DNA of 63,413 nucleotides from positions 10,149,914-10,213,326 of the forward strand of contig NC_068990.1 of NCBI RefSeq assembly GCF_001194135.2. The letters run 5' to 3'. Positions 13,361 through 25,072 of this stretch are shown here, in pieces. The notes under the pieces are model-generated. The model searched no databases, was not told the origin of the DNA, and saw only the letters and a list, made by a program, of their open reading frames with translations. How positions within the stretch are numbered: position 1 is the first letter of the stretch; each line of letters opens with the position of its first letter. The translations under genes were made by a program, and so were the position numbers. This DNA comes from Octopus bimaculoides. Lineage: Eukaryota.

Positions 13361-13571
13361 GGCAGCGAGCTTGCAGAAGCGTTACCACGCTGGCCAAATA
13401 TTTAGTGGTATTTTATCTGTCTTTACGTTCTGAGTTCAAATTCCGCCGAGGTCGACGTCGCTTTCTCCCTCCTTCGGGATCGATAAATTAATTACCAGTA
13501 ACGTACTGGGGTCAATCTAATCGACTTACACACTCCCCCAAATTTCGAGCCTTGTGCCTAGAGTAGAAAAG
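13361..13571 (+). mobile_element. Family A SINE, copy 3 of tandem cluster (full length)
   Basis: GGCAGCGAGCTTGCAGAAG...TTCTGAGTTCAAATTCCGCCGAGGTCGAC...CCTTGTGCCTAGAGTAGAAAAG. Confidence 0.92.
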
Positions 13572-13599
13572 TATAAAACTGTAAGCAGTTGAAATATGC

Positions 13600-13665
13600 G
13601 GTCAATTTAATCCACTTAAACCAGAATCGAAATTGCTGAACTTGTGCCTAAACTTGGAACCATCA
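13600..13665 (+). mobile_element. Family A SINE tail fragment, copy 4 of cluster
   Basis: GGTCAATTTAATCCAC...AAATTGCTGAACTTGTGCCTAAACTTGGAACC matches the tails of the other copies. Confidence 0.55.
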
Positions 13666-13883
13666 TGGTTGTTCGTTTTTCGAAGTAGAAGACATGAAAT
13701 AACGATTGAGAATGACACACCTTCATCACGTACTTGAAACGATAGTAAAATATTCAAATAGATAATTAAATTTGCATCATATTTTGCTAACCATAAGGTA
13801 TTATTTATTTCACACATACAAAAAAAAACACATTCCAGCAGAGTGCGTGATACGTTTCGTTATGTATGGCAATTCTTTCCCTT

Positions 13884-13931
<48 letters not shown>

Positions 13932-15177
13932 TTCTCTCTCTTTGTAGCTATATATATTTATATATCGATATAAATATAGATATAGGTATGCATGTATAAA
14001 CACTCGCGAATGCGCGCGCGCACGCACTAACACACACAAACACACAGGCGCCAAGCTGTGTTTAAGCATAAACAAACTGAAGGTTAGTTGAAATATATTT
14101 GTGACTTATTTTAACTACTAAAAATAAAATTTACCGTAGAGACTATTTTCTCTTATGATAAACGTGTGTTTGAGTGTGTGTCAGTTTGTGTGTGTTTATT
14201 TGTGTGTTTATGTGTGCGTGTGTGTGCACGTACGCTGTGTATGTGTGCACGCTAGTGCGTGTGTATAATATGCATAGATTAACATAGGAATCAGATGCTC
14301 TCGTGCCGAACGTCTTTTTAGGTATCACTACAGAAGCAGAAAAAATGTTTTTTATTTTCTTTTTATCTTCACCTACTTTTAGATTTTAACGCCATCTCTT
14401 TCGTTTGCATTCAATATGATTATATGCTATTGCATGACAAATAAATTTATAATAGTTGCATAACGCACAAAGCACGAGAAGTATATTTATTTGTCTGGTT
14501 TCAATATATATCGATTATAGACTTTCTACTTGATTTTTCACAATATATATCAGAGTTATAGACAAACATGCAAGAATATGAAAGCATTTCTACATTCAAT
14601 TTCTGATTGCTTTTTATCGCACGTCAAGCATGCGGATACTACCTAACCAAAGTAGGAATATTTCGGTATGATATAATTCCATTCATGAGAGATTACACAT
14701 GCATAAACCTATAACCTAGCAACTTATCTAATCATTCATTATATATTCTTGTATTCATACTATGAATCTTTGAGATTATGTCTGAATGTTATAGGCATTT
14801 GAAAATCTTCGAATTAACGTAGAATTTTAAAGACATTATATACCAAATATATCATATGGCCAAATTCCAAAGAATACCTGTAGAGTACATTCTAAAATGT
14901 ATCTATGATGCACTATTGCGTAAATGTTATCTATCCTGTTGGTCTATTACAAAATTTTTGTCATTGCATTTGGAATCACATTTTCGAAATCCATACCTGT
15001 CAATATATAATAGATGCTATTAGGTATATAATTGATTTATTGTTTCAAACTGCAATGAAGCTTCAGTAATCTGATTCTCAATGTATTGAATGTATAGCAG
15101 TGCCTTATGAATTAGATGAGTGATACTAGATAAATGAATATGTGAAGAAAGGCTATAGCACAGGTTTTATTTGAAAT

Positions 15178-15685
15178 TCGATAGAGGCATCAGCATTCGC
15201 CACCAGCTGCTCAAACCGCCTGGGAACCGCATCAACTGATTGCATCAAGTACTTTTCTGAGATGGAAGGCATATCTTCTCGTATTCTCTTTCAAGTTTCT
15301 CCAAAGTCGTTGGCTTTGCAGAGTAGGCTTGTTCCTTTAACCATCCCGAAAGAAAAAAAATGGTTCAAGGTGTTAAATCAAGTTTTCAATATTTTCCCAA
15401 GTACTGATAACTGGCCAAATTTCAGCTTGCAGCATGGTGAGGTACCTTGCAGCATTCATGATATTGCAAAGGATGACAGGACCAACAATCCTGTCTCAAG
15501 TCATTACACACCATACCGTTACATTCGGGCGATCCGGAATGTTTTCAGAGGTAGTATGAGAATCTTCTCCAGCTCAATAGTGGCACGTGTGACAGTTCAC
15601 AAAACCCACCGACGTGGAATACAGCTTTATCATTCCAGAATATATTTTTAAAGAGCTCAGACCATGTTTCGGGGCTTCTAAATTT
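15178..15685 (-). pseudogene. Tc1/mariner transposase relic (maT/DD37D- or rosa-like), catalytic core partly deleted
   Basis: The minus strand translates, with stops and frameshifts, as IFWNDKAVFHVGG..NCHTCHY*AGED..PNVTVWCVMT*DRIVGPVIL..MNAARYLTMLQAEIWPVISTWENIENL/LTP..FF..GWLKEQAYSAKPTTLE..RIRE..VDAVPRRFEQLVANADASIEF. This matches the WSDEA/VTVWCG/DFFLWG motif order of this group. Confidence 0.85.
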
Positions 15686-15839
15686 CAAACAAAATAATCG
15701 ATCTCAAACAAAAACAGCATAGAATCAATACCCATATACTAAATAACATGCACAAGAAATTTGAGAAAAATAGTTAATAAATAAAATATAAGTATTTTAA
15801 AATAGGGAGTTACTTTTCAAACACTCTGTGTGTGCATGT

Positions 15840-15855
15840 ATAAATAAATAAATAA

Positions 15856-15941
<86 letters not shown>

Positions 15942-15950
15942 ACACACATA
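15840..15950. repeat. (AAAT)n(AT)n tract at the 3' end of the family B SINE
   Basis: Directly visible, about 30 bp left of the SINE tail. Confidence 0.9.
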
Positions 15951-15980
15951 TATTTACATATATACATATCATATTGGGTG

Positions 15981-16318
15981 AGGGTGAATCCTTTCGGTCA
16001 CGAATGACCATGGTATTGCACCTCGAAAGTTACCTCCCGAGGCAGAAGTCCGGGTAAGTTTGTCTATGGAAAACCAGCAGTCGCCCGTGCCTGCCAACTT
16101 CCCTCTCTACGCCACTGATGTTATGCAAGAGAAAGGCAATGGCCGATGCAGTTTCGCACAAATGACATCGCAACTCATTTCTACAGGTGAATGAACTGGA
16201 GCAACAATAAATAAAGTGCCCTGCTCAAGAGCATAACACGCAGCCCGGTCAAGGAATCGAACTCAGAACCTCACGATCGTAAGCTCGGTGCTCTAACCAC
16301 TGAGCCATGCGCCTTCAC
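15981..16318 (-). mobile_element. tRNA-derived SINE, family B (full length)
   Basis: The minus strand starts GTGAAGGCGCATGGCTCAGTGGTTAGAGC (A box) ... GAGTTCGATTCC (B box), then TCTTGAGCAGGGCACTTTATTT and a tail ending ...GGTCATTCGTGACCGAAAGG. It aligns end to end with 30594-30934. Confidence 0.92.
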
Positions 16319-17673
16319 ATATCATATTAGATATACATAACATCAGTATGTTGATACCACATCCCACCAATAATAATATTAATAGAATAATCAACGTTTC
16401 TGCAGATAGTAACTGAAATGTAATCTATATATCAGAATTCATTTTCTGTTAAAATACCCTACATATATCCGACAAACCATATGGTACAATGAGCCTGGGT
16501 ATTTCACTTCAAATTGAGATTGAATAACAATATACTATAAATAATAATTACAAGAAAGCAATAAACATTTAACTATGTTAATTTATGTAGGGTATAAAAG
16601 AACATTTCGAGAACAGCTTCGAGATAAAATATATGTATTGCATTCTTTTACAATTGGGAAGCGGTTATGCTTCATTTTTGTTCCGTGGAAACACTAAACA
16701 TTCTCACTTTATGTCTGATTTAATAGCTAAGCATGCCAACTTTTTGATCTGCTGGTGCTACTTACGTTATTTAATAAGACATTGCCTTAAATCCCCTTTA
16801 TCTAACTTACTTTATTGGAGTTTAAAATAGCCTTCTAATTCAATGGTAGCTTTGCTAAACTTGACTCTATATGTAATGCCCTCTGTATCTAGAAAAAATT
16901 CCCCTTAGCTAATTTGTTTTTGTTTTAAGTCAGAAATAAATGTCTCTTCAACAATAAATGATCAAATATCATCCAGTCACAATTTTCTAGCAGTGTTATT
17001 GCTGTATAATGCACCTCTGATCTACTTCCTTATTCTTCACTTTCATAGCATAACTTGATTTCGGTTTGCACTGTATATTTCTAATCCTTACATTAAAAGT
17101 ACTGCCAAGTTGTTGTTTCTTTGAATATTTCCATTTTATACCTTAGGCTTCTTAACTATATATACATATATAAAATAGATGTAAAGTTTATTGACTTGTA
17201 AGTGTTCGTTGCCCTTCCACACAAATGGAAACTAATAGGAAATCTACTTCATAGTCTCCATTATGAGAACTCTACGTTTAATTTGTAAAACCAATCTTCC
17301 ATACACTACGCACTCTCTGTCTACACAAGAATGCTACTTACATTAATTGCTGCTTTCACAGGTGGTGAAGACACACCAGATTAAGGAGTTTATGAAAATC
17401 AAAGGTTAGAGAATGAAGACAAAAGACCGTCACACACCTAGCTTCTCTCATTTTATACTTTTTATCTTTGCATATCTTTTAGCTACTCCGAAAATCTGAT
17501 TGATGGAAAGTTCGTTTAATTTTCTGTGGATCTTCACTCTTCATTTGTATGACGCATCAATGTTAATTAATGTAAAAGATTTACAAATTATTAAAAATAT
17601 CGTAAAAAATTAATGAAATACCGTCATCATAAATCCTTTATTTACTACACTCGCAGTAGTGTAGTAAACTACT

Positions 17674-17705
<32 letters not shown>

Positions 17706-17825
17706 GCATACACACATACACATATATATTAGAGGAAAGGTTCAACAAAAACCAATGAAGAGTAAAGCAGTAGATAGAATACAGACAGGAGAATAATTTT
17801 CACAGCTGTGATTGGNNNNNNNNNN

Positions 17826-17857
<32 letters not shown>

Positions 17858-18343
17858 CGGCTTGTGAATGTGTAAGTAATTTGCGGGTTTCTCATCAAAT
17901 AATGTTATATGAAACACCTTGTATGGGTTATTTATTTGTATTTAGGAAACAGATTAGGTATTGTAAATTATTTCGACTAAAGTCTCTATGTACGTGACAT
18001 TAACACATTTACTCGACGCATCTGAAAAAAAAACATACCTCAATAGTTGTTTAATGAAATTTTCTATACAACATTTTCAAGTACTCTCAAAATAAGCTAA
18101 CACAACTATTTCAAAATAACCCGCATGAAATAACTTGAGAAAATGTAATACATGAAAATTAAAAATGGTTCGCATAGTAAAATATTTGATACCACTCAAA
18201 TCAAATTTTCTACTATTCCTAACATGTTGGGTGAAATGTTGCATGTTAAAAGAATATTTTCTGAAATCATCACGCAAAGTTATCACTTTCTCCATTAAAT
18301 AATATTTGGTGATCTATATGTATGTAGGTAAGTGAATACATAA

Positions 18344-18376
<33 letters not shown>

Positions 18377-18401
18377 NNNNNNNNNNCCCATACACACGCA
18401 C

Positions 18402-18451
<50 letters not shown>

Positions 18452-18952
18452 GCACACGTTTACAATAAAACTAATCACAATTTCTCTGATGTTGAATTTA
18501 ACGGAAATGTGCCATCGCATGTTGACAACAAAATTTCTCTGTTTCTAAATATCTCTGTAGTACGTATTATTATCGGCAACATAATCTAATACACAAGCAA
18601 CGTGTAAAATTATTGAAATGCCTATCATCAAAAGAAAATATTTCTTTTGCATTGTATACTGACATTTGTCTTAAAAAGACCATGTAATGATATGAAAGCG
18701 GCATGATTGTTAGATATTTTCGTTTAATTTACAAAAATTAACGTAACTTTATCACAACTTTTAAAGATATTTGCCATTGGCTATTTGTAATATATTCTTT
18801 TGCCATAACATTTGTTTTATGTCAGTAATATAATGCCGCTGGAGAATTTTAATGCAAATAGATTGCGGTAACCTATTGGGTTTTAAACATCATTTAATTT
18901 TCAATATCTAATTTTCAATATTTAATTTTCTATATTTGATTACATAATATGC

Positions 18953-19092
18953 AACTCCACTGAGTTTAACTTTGCATTTCACCCTTTCGGCGTCGATAAA
19001 CAAATAACAATTGAGTACCAGGGTCTATTTTATTCATTTGATATCTCCTCCAAAACTTCTAGCCTTCTGCCAAAATTTGAGACCAATATTTA
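18953..19092 (+). mobile_element. Family A SINE, 3' half
   Basis: GAGTTTAACTTTGCATTTCACCCTTTCGGCGTCGATAAA...GCCTTCTGCCAAAATTTGAGACCAATATT. Confidence 0.7.
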
Positions 19093-20704
19093 ATAACATA
19101 TACTAGCACGCACACATACACACACACACACACAAACACACACTCTCTCTCTCTCTCTCTCTATCTCTCTTTCTCTCTCTCTCTATCTCTCTTTCTCTCT
19201 CTCTCCCTCTACTCACGCGGACGCACGCATACACGCACGCACACACTAAGCATGGATCAAACAGTTTATTTGCAGACATGATTTTTACCTCTCCTGAGTA
19301 CATACAATTTGTATCTTGGTTATAGTCAGTATCTCTTGCGAATGAAAGCATAACGGGTCAGAAATGCAAGAAATACCTCGGAGAATGCGTCACTGAACTG
19401 AGGAGTTTGGGGCCTCAGAAGGGAAAATAGGTCACGAAAATATTTGAAATAAACTAAAGTTTAAATATTTCACGGCTTGAAAACTTTGCAGAGGCATAGG
19501 ACAACTATATATTATATTATCATATTCGACAACTGAATGTGAATGCAGGTTTGTATTTAAAAGCTGTTGGATTTGATAGCGTAAATAAACATTCAGAAAC
19601 ATTGACTGAAGTGACAGCCCTACACGTACTTCCTATGTGGGACCATCTTTTGACCTATCTGTTTGATTAGAATTGTAAGGTTTTACTTGTTGAGATTATC
19701 CAATCATTAACCTTGGTGGTTAGATAGATTGTAAATAAGTATTCTCTTAACATCTCTTTAACTTTACATAACGTTTGAAGATGTTGATGGTTCCCGCATG
19801 ATACAATGTATTGTATACCAATATGAACTGGACTTTCGTGGATATATCAAAATAATTATCCATCAGCTACAAAGAGAATTGTTAATGAATAATCTATATT
19901 AAATGCGCCCTACACGAAAAAATATACAGAACTGCATATGTCTAAATGCGCTTGAAAAAAAAAAAAGAAACGTTTGAGTTCTGTAAGAAGTTATTTGAAT
20001 CCACGATGTGTATTTAAAAGACAGGTTTAAAAGAAAAATGTTGCTTATTGATTAACAACAAAAATAATGGGACAGAATGTAGTAAACAGAGATTATGCAG
20101 TTTTATTGCCATTCTTTATCAGATTCATGGCAACTGGCGTTATATGAAGACATGTTCAGATTAAACCAACAAAAATGACAAAGCTTGTCAAATGATACTT
20201 TTTCTTTTTGTTAACAGTTTGATCTTACAAGCTCGCAGAACAAATTGTTAGAACATATTACAATCAATATTGGTCTTATTGAAATTTTGTTTTTATTTTA
20301 TCGTCACATTCAATACGTATTTTAATACATTTGTACATCTTCCGGAGTTTGCCATGTTTTGAATCTGATGTGTAACGTATTTCAATTGAGTGCGGATCCA
20401 GGAATTTAACAATTCTTTTCAATAAAGTACTAGATATCATTCACAATGAAATGCCTAAGACGGAAAGAAAAAAATGATTACAATAGTTTAGTTAATATTC
20501 CATATTGCTCTGCTTCCGGCTGCAATTTATCTGATGACGCATTTATGGAATGAGATCGTAATTCACAATGATAATCACTTTGTTAAAACAGTTTTAAATT
20601 TTATGCATACCATATTTATCTGTGATTTGTTATCAATTTACCTTCTTAATAATAAATTCAGCTACATTTCGTCCATCTTCATCTTCTGAGATCAAACTCA
20701 GCGT

Positions 20705-20826
20705 GGTTTGACTTTGTCTTTCAGGATTTTCGAAAACACAGCTACTAATTCAGTAGAGGTCGATTTAATCGACATATCACTTTCACCAAAATTGCTGACC
20801 TTGTGCCAACATGTGAAACTAGTATT
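20705..20826 (+). mobile_element. Family A SINE, 3' half (first of a tandem pair)
   Basis: GACTTTGTCTTTCA...GGTCGATTTAATCGAC...AAATTGCTGACCTTGTGCCAA. Confidence 0.7.
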
Positions 20827-20840
20827 ATATTTAGCTATAA

Positions 20841-21055
20841 GACATCGAGCTGGCAGAATCGTTAGCATACCGGGCAAAATGCTTAGTGACATTTCATTTG
20901 TTGTTACATTCTAAACTGAAATTCCGCCGAGGTCGGATATTGCGTTCATCCTATTAACCCGATAAATAAAGGTGTCATTTGAACTCTGAGGTTCACATAA
21001 TTGACTAATCCACTCATATTTTTGTCGGCCTTGTGCCGAAAGTTGAAACCAATAT
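20841..21055 (+). mobile_element. Family A SINE, full length (second of a tandem pair)
   Basis: CGAGCTGGCAGAATCGTTAGCATACCGGGCAAAATGCTTAG...AAATTCCGCCGAGGTCGG...GGCCTTGTGCCGAAAGTTGAAACC. Confidence 0.88.
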
Positions 21056-23014
21056 TATATTCAACTAGGTATGATATTACCTCTGGTAGCTTGCATGGTT
21101 TAGTTGCTGTTCAAAAATTGTCACAATTTAGTCCTCAAATCTGAAGAGTGTGTACGTCACTGAGTGTCCGTTTTCCGAATTTCTAGTTCAGCATGCATAT
21201 CACCTCCGTTACATTAAAATTGCCTTCTCTGAAAATGACAATAATTTCTTCTTCAAATTAAATAATATCTCATCACAAATGTTTCAAATTTGAATATAAC
21301 TGCTTGGTTAGTTAGCAACGATTCAAATGGTATTGTTTATGCCTATAATGGAATGTTTTGCGGATGTAATACACCCTCGCGAATTTATGAAAACTATGGG
21401 TATATAATTCTGCATTAGGAATTTGTCTTGCTTCCCTCTTTTTTTGTATGTTGAGATTTGTAGGCGATACTGATATTTGTTTAGCACTTCACGACATTGC
21501 CTACAATCGCCATCATTAGTTCATACGTAATTCCATTTCTCAGGTTTAAGCATTATGTGCTTTGCAACAATTGTTTTCTCTGCTACAACATAACTGAGAT
21601 TTAGTTACCTTGTGTTCATAGGTATATCAATTATTTGGCGCCGTTATAAATTATACCAAAATGAGCTATAATTCAATGAAGAGAAAATCTATAATGACAG
21701 GCAGTTAATTACCGAGATGACACGACATCCATTAAATCACAATCCTAATGATTTGCAGTTACAGCTAGATCATGATGATGATCATGATTATGATGGTCAT
21801 CATCGTCGTTGTCATAACATCATCAACATTATATTCATTATTGTCATAACTGTCATCATCACCAACATTGCCGGTCTGGTCGTCATCGTAATCATTATCC
21901 ACAAAATTAGCAATTTTTTTCCCATCAACTGATGCATAGTGACCAGAGAGACATGAATCCGACTCTGCCTCCGGCAGTGTTTCATGTGTAAATCTCTGTT
22001 TGCGGAGTCTGTAAGAGCAGAGATTAGTATCGCTGACACTGCAGGATCTACCTGTAATTTTGAATTTCAGAGTTTGCTAATGTATTTTTGTAGCATTTTC
22101 ACAGTATTTCCAAATCACCTTTTATCATAAGCTCGACTACTAATTGCATTACGCACATTCAGTTACTATTTTTTATGCATCATTATAATTTGCTAATTTC
22201 TTCATTACACGGAGAAATTGATTCTGGTGTGTAGGATAGTTACTTCGTTTAAAGAGTACGCGGCCTCCCGAAATCTTTGGAATTATGTTTCCGATTATAG
22301 TTGAAATGATGATTCAGCCAGTATTGTCATTCTGTGACATAATTCTTCCTCGTGTATAATTTGATAAGAACTCATTTCTGATATTTTATCTCATCATAGC
22401 ATAAACCAATTGTCTTCATCATGAACAACATCATCGTGACAACCAGCCACATTGAGCAGGTGTTGTAGAGTGATATTAGACTTCAACAGAGCTTTCAACC
22501 TTGGTTTAAAAATAAATGAAGGGTTTTGAGAATACAACTTAAAAGAACAAGAATTTACGGAAAGTATGAGTCGTAATGTTTGCTGGTATTTTTGGATTTC
22601 ATGTTAGATTAACTCATGTTCTTATCAAGATTTTTCTCTGACACTCTCTTCATGATCCCAGTGCTCAGTCATAGCTGGTATTGTGTCCGGCACTTTAGGC
22701 GTCACATCCTGCTTATTGTAATTTCAATGTCGTTGTACTTGATAAGTTAATCATATTTTTGCAGGTGTATTGCGGTCAGAAAGCAATACCATATCTACAA
22801 GTGCGCATTTATTATTTTTGATGTGTTCAAAATTAATATCTGTGTGGTTGGCATTATTTGTGGGAATAGTAAGTCTGCATTCACAACTATATCTTACGTG
22901 GCATTTTGCAGCAGGTCTTCATAGCTATTTATCAAATACACGCCAAGCGTTCTCTTTTCATTCTTTATAAAATGGTCTATATTAATTAGTCGTCTGTCAC
23001 CATTCTTTTTGTTT

Positions 23015-23142
23015 TTCATATATTTGGGTAAGATATTAAAGTTTTTAAGTTTTGTTGCGATGTTAGTTTGTCTATCCAGTTGGAGAATACAGTAGGACTT
23101 TTGCAATGAAAAGGATGTTCACATTTTCGAATACTCAGGGAG
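23015..23142 (-). repeat. Unclassified dispersed repeat, inverted relative to the copy at 28490-28680
   Basis: Its reverse complement ...CCTTTTCATTGCAAAAGTCCTACTGTATTCTCCAACTGGATAGACAAA... aligns over about 125 bp to 28490-28618. Confidence 0.85.
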
Positions 23143-23995
23143 AATCAAGAAAGAAAAGAAAACAAGTTGTAGATAGTTGTAGATAGTAACCAAATATGGT
23201 CTTTTGTATGAACGGACAGAGAGAAATATTAGTGTTCTTAGAATAAAAAATGAGGATGATTTTTACATCTTCGAATACTCAAGGAGAGAGGAAATGATAA
23301 GTATTCACACAGTAGTCGTAGATATTAAAGTTTTTTTTTGTTTTTGTTTTTTTAAGCTGATCGTTTGTGTGTTCGTAAGCTGTAGGTATATAAGTTTCCT
23401 GATTTATTTTATTCGGAGGGAGCTTCAAAATATTCACAGGAAATTGCAGATATTCCAGTCTTTGGGAATAGTAGGAGCAATAGATGTTCACCACGTTGGA
23501 TTTTTGAATTCAGAATTTTTCCTTTTGGAATTTTTCTTTTCTTCTTAAAAGATTTACTGTGGTTTATAGTTATTGTAGTTGTGCAGTATGTATACATTGG
23601 CAGGTGCTTATTTCCTTAAGTTTTGATCGTGCGTTTAATTGTGTTGTTACAATAAAAGCATGTTTACATATTCTGTTAGTCAGGGAACAAGGGAAGACAA
23701 AATATTCACAGAAAAATGGAGATATGAAAGATACTAATTTTTTTTTTTTTGCGACGTTCGTTTTTATGTCCAAAGCTGTAGATATATTAAGTTGCTTAAC
23801 TTATTTGAGGGAAATTCAAAATACTTACAGAAGACTGTAGCTATTCCAGTCTTTTTGAGTTATTTTTTCAGTTGTTTTGCTGTGTTATATTAGTGTTTCT
23901 GTGTCTTCAGCTGCTGACAGTTCAGAGCGGCGATGAACTCGTCCAGCCTCTGACAGGTCAGAGCAGCGAAGAACACGTCCAGTCACTGTCACCTC

Positions 23996-23996
<1 letters not shown>

Positions 23997-24050
<54 letters not shown>

Positions 24051-24095
24051 CTTCTTCTTCTTCTTTTTCTTCTTCTTCTTCTTCTTCTTCTTCTT

Positions 24096-24154
<59 letters not shown>

Positions 24155-24163
24155 GATTATTAT
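23997..24163. repeat. Compound trinucleotide array (TTA)n(TCA)n(TTC)n(TTA)n
   Basis: Directly visible; it abuts the R4-like 3' end. Confidence 0.96.
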
Positions 24164-24420
24164 CTTGTTTTTGCACAGCTTCTAACGTTAGAGATGTACT
24201 ACGGTGCCAACAGCTCACAACCACTGAACTAAGGTAACATCCCTTATTTTTCGAGTACCTTCCGGGGTATTCGAGCGGTTCCATGCAGTGCTGTTTTCTC
24301 AAGTGCTCCACGCTTATTGCAACCCCTATTTTTTCCCTGTACTTCTCAAGATTTTTACTCACTGTTCACAGGGCTGCGACAATTATTTTTTCTACTACCA
24401 CGTTCCAAACATTCACTGAA
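24161..24420 (-). mobile_element. 3' end of an R4/Dong-like non-LTR retrotransposon (restriction-like endonuclease C-terminus plus 3' UTR)
   Basis: The minus strand reads VWNVVVEKIIVAAL*TVSKNLEKYREKIGVAISVEHL/KTALHGTARIPRKVLEK* (one stop, one frameshift). This matches the recalled R4-clade ending ..GALGT......LQK.ALLGTARILRKVL. A ~80-bp UTR then runs into (AAT)n. Confidence 0.8.
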
Positions 24421-24996
24421 TAGTGTTCTCTAATGAGCAATCTTTCCATTCTAAGAGTGGGGGATTAAGAAATCAAGTTCTTAATGCCATGATAATGGTC
24501 ATGGTACAAATTCTATTACTTTGCCATTGCACCGGAATATAAACATAATTAAGTATATGATAATTATATACATCAACAACATCACTATGAAATATACACA
24601 GAATGATAGAAAAAACGAGTTTGAATAAACAATAAATTATAAGTTAAGGAATTATAAATGAGATATTAAGGACGTGTAACTATATGAAAGAGAACTGGAG
24701 AATACACAATGTTATAGTTCATAAAAGAAAAAAAGAGAATATCTTTATTAAACTATTGGAATTTTGTGACGCACCATAATTCTTTGTTATTCTTCTAAAA
24801 TGAGATAGGAAGTTATCGAAAACTGAATGCCAACAGATATCTGTACGACATAAAATGACCCTTATGCGAGTTTATTGCACATTTTGACTGAATGTCTACA
24901 ATTCAGGAATCATTAAACCAGTGTTTACAAAAATATTTTTTATCAATATCAGAGCAGTACATGTCAGCAGGAAATCGAAATAAAGTTTTATGTAGA

Positions 24997-25007
24997 ACAC
25001 TACAAAA

Positions 25008-25072
<65 letters not shown>

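Noticed and set aside
15262-15651. 129-aa plus-strand ORF
   Set aside because: It is the antisense shadow of the minus-strand transposase relic. The same applies to 49358-49696.
16240-16318. tRNA genes at the A/B-box motifs (also about 30860-30934 and 62545-62653)
   Set aside because: There is no complete acceptor stem or cloverleaf, and each continues into a multicopy SINE body.
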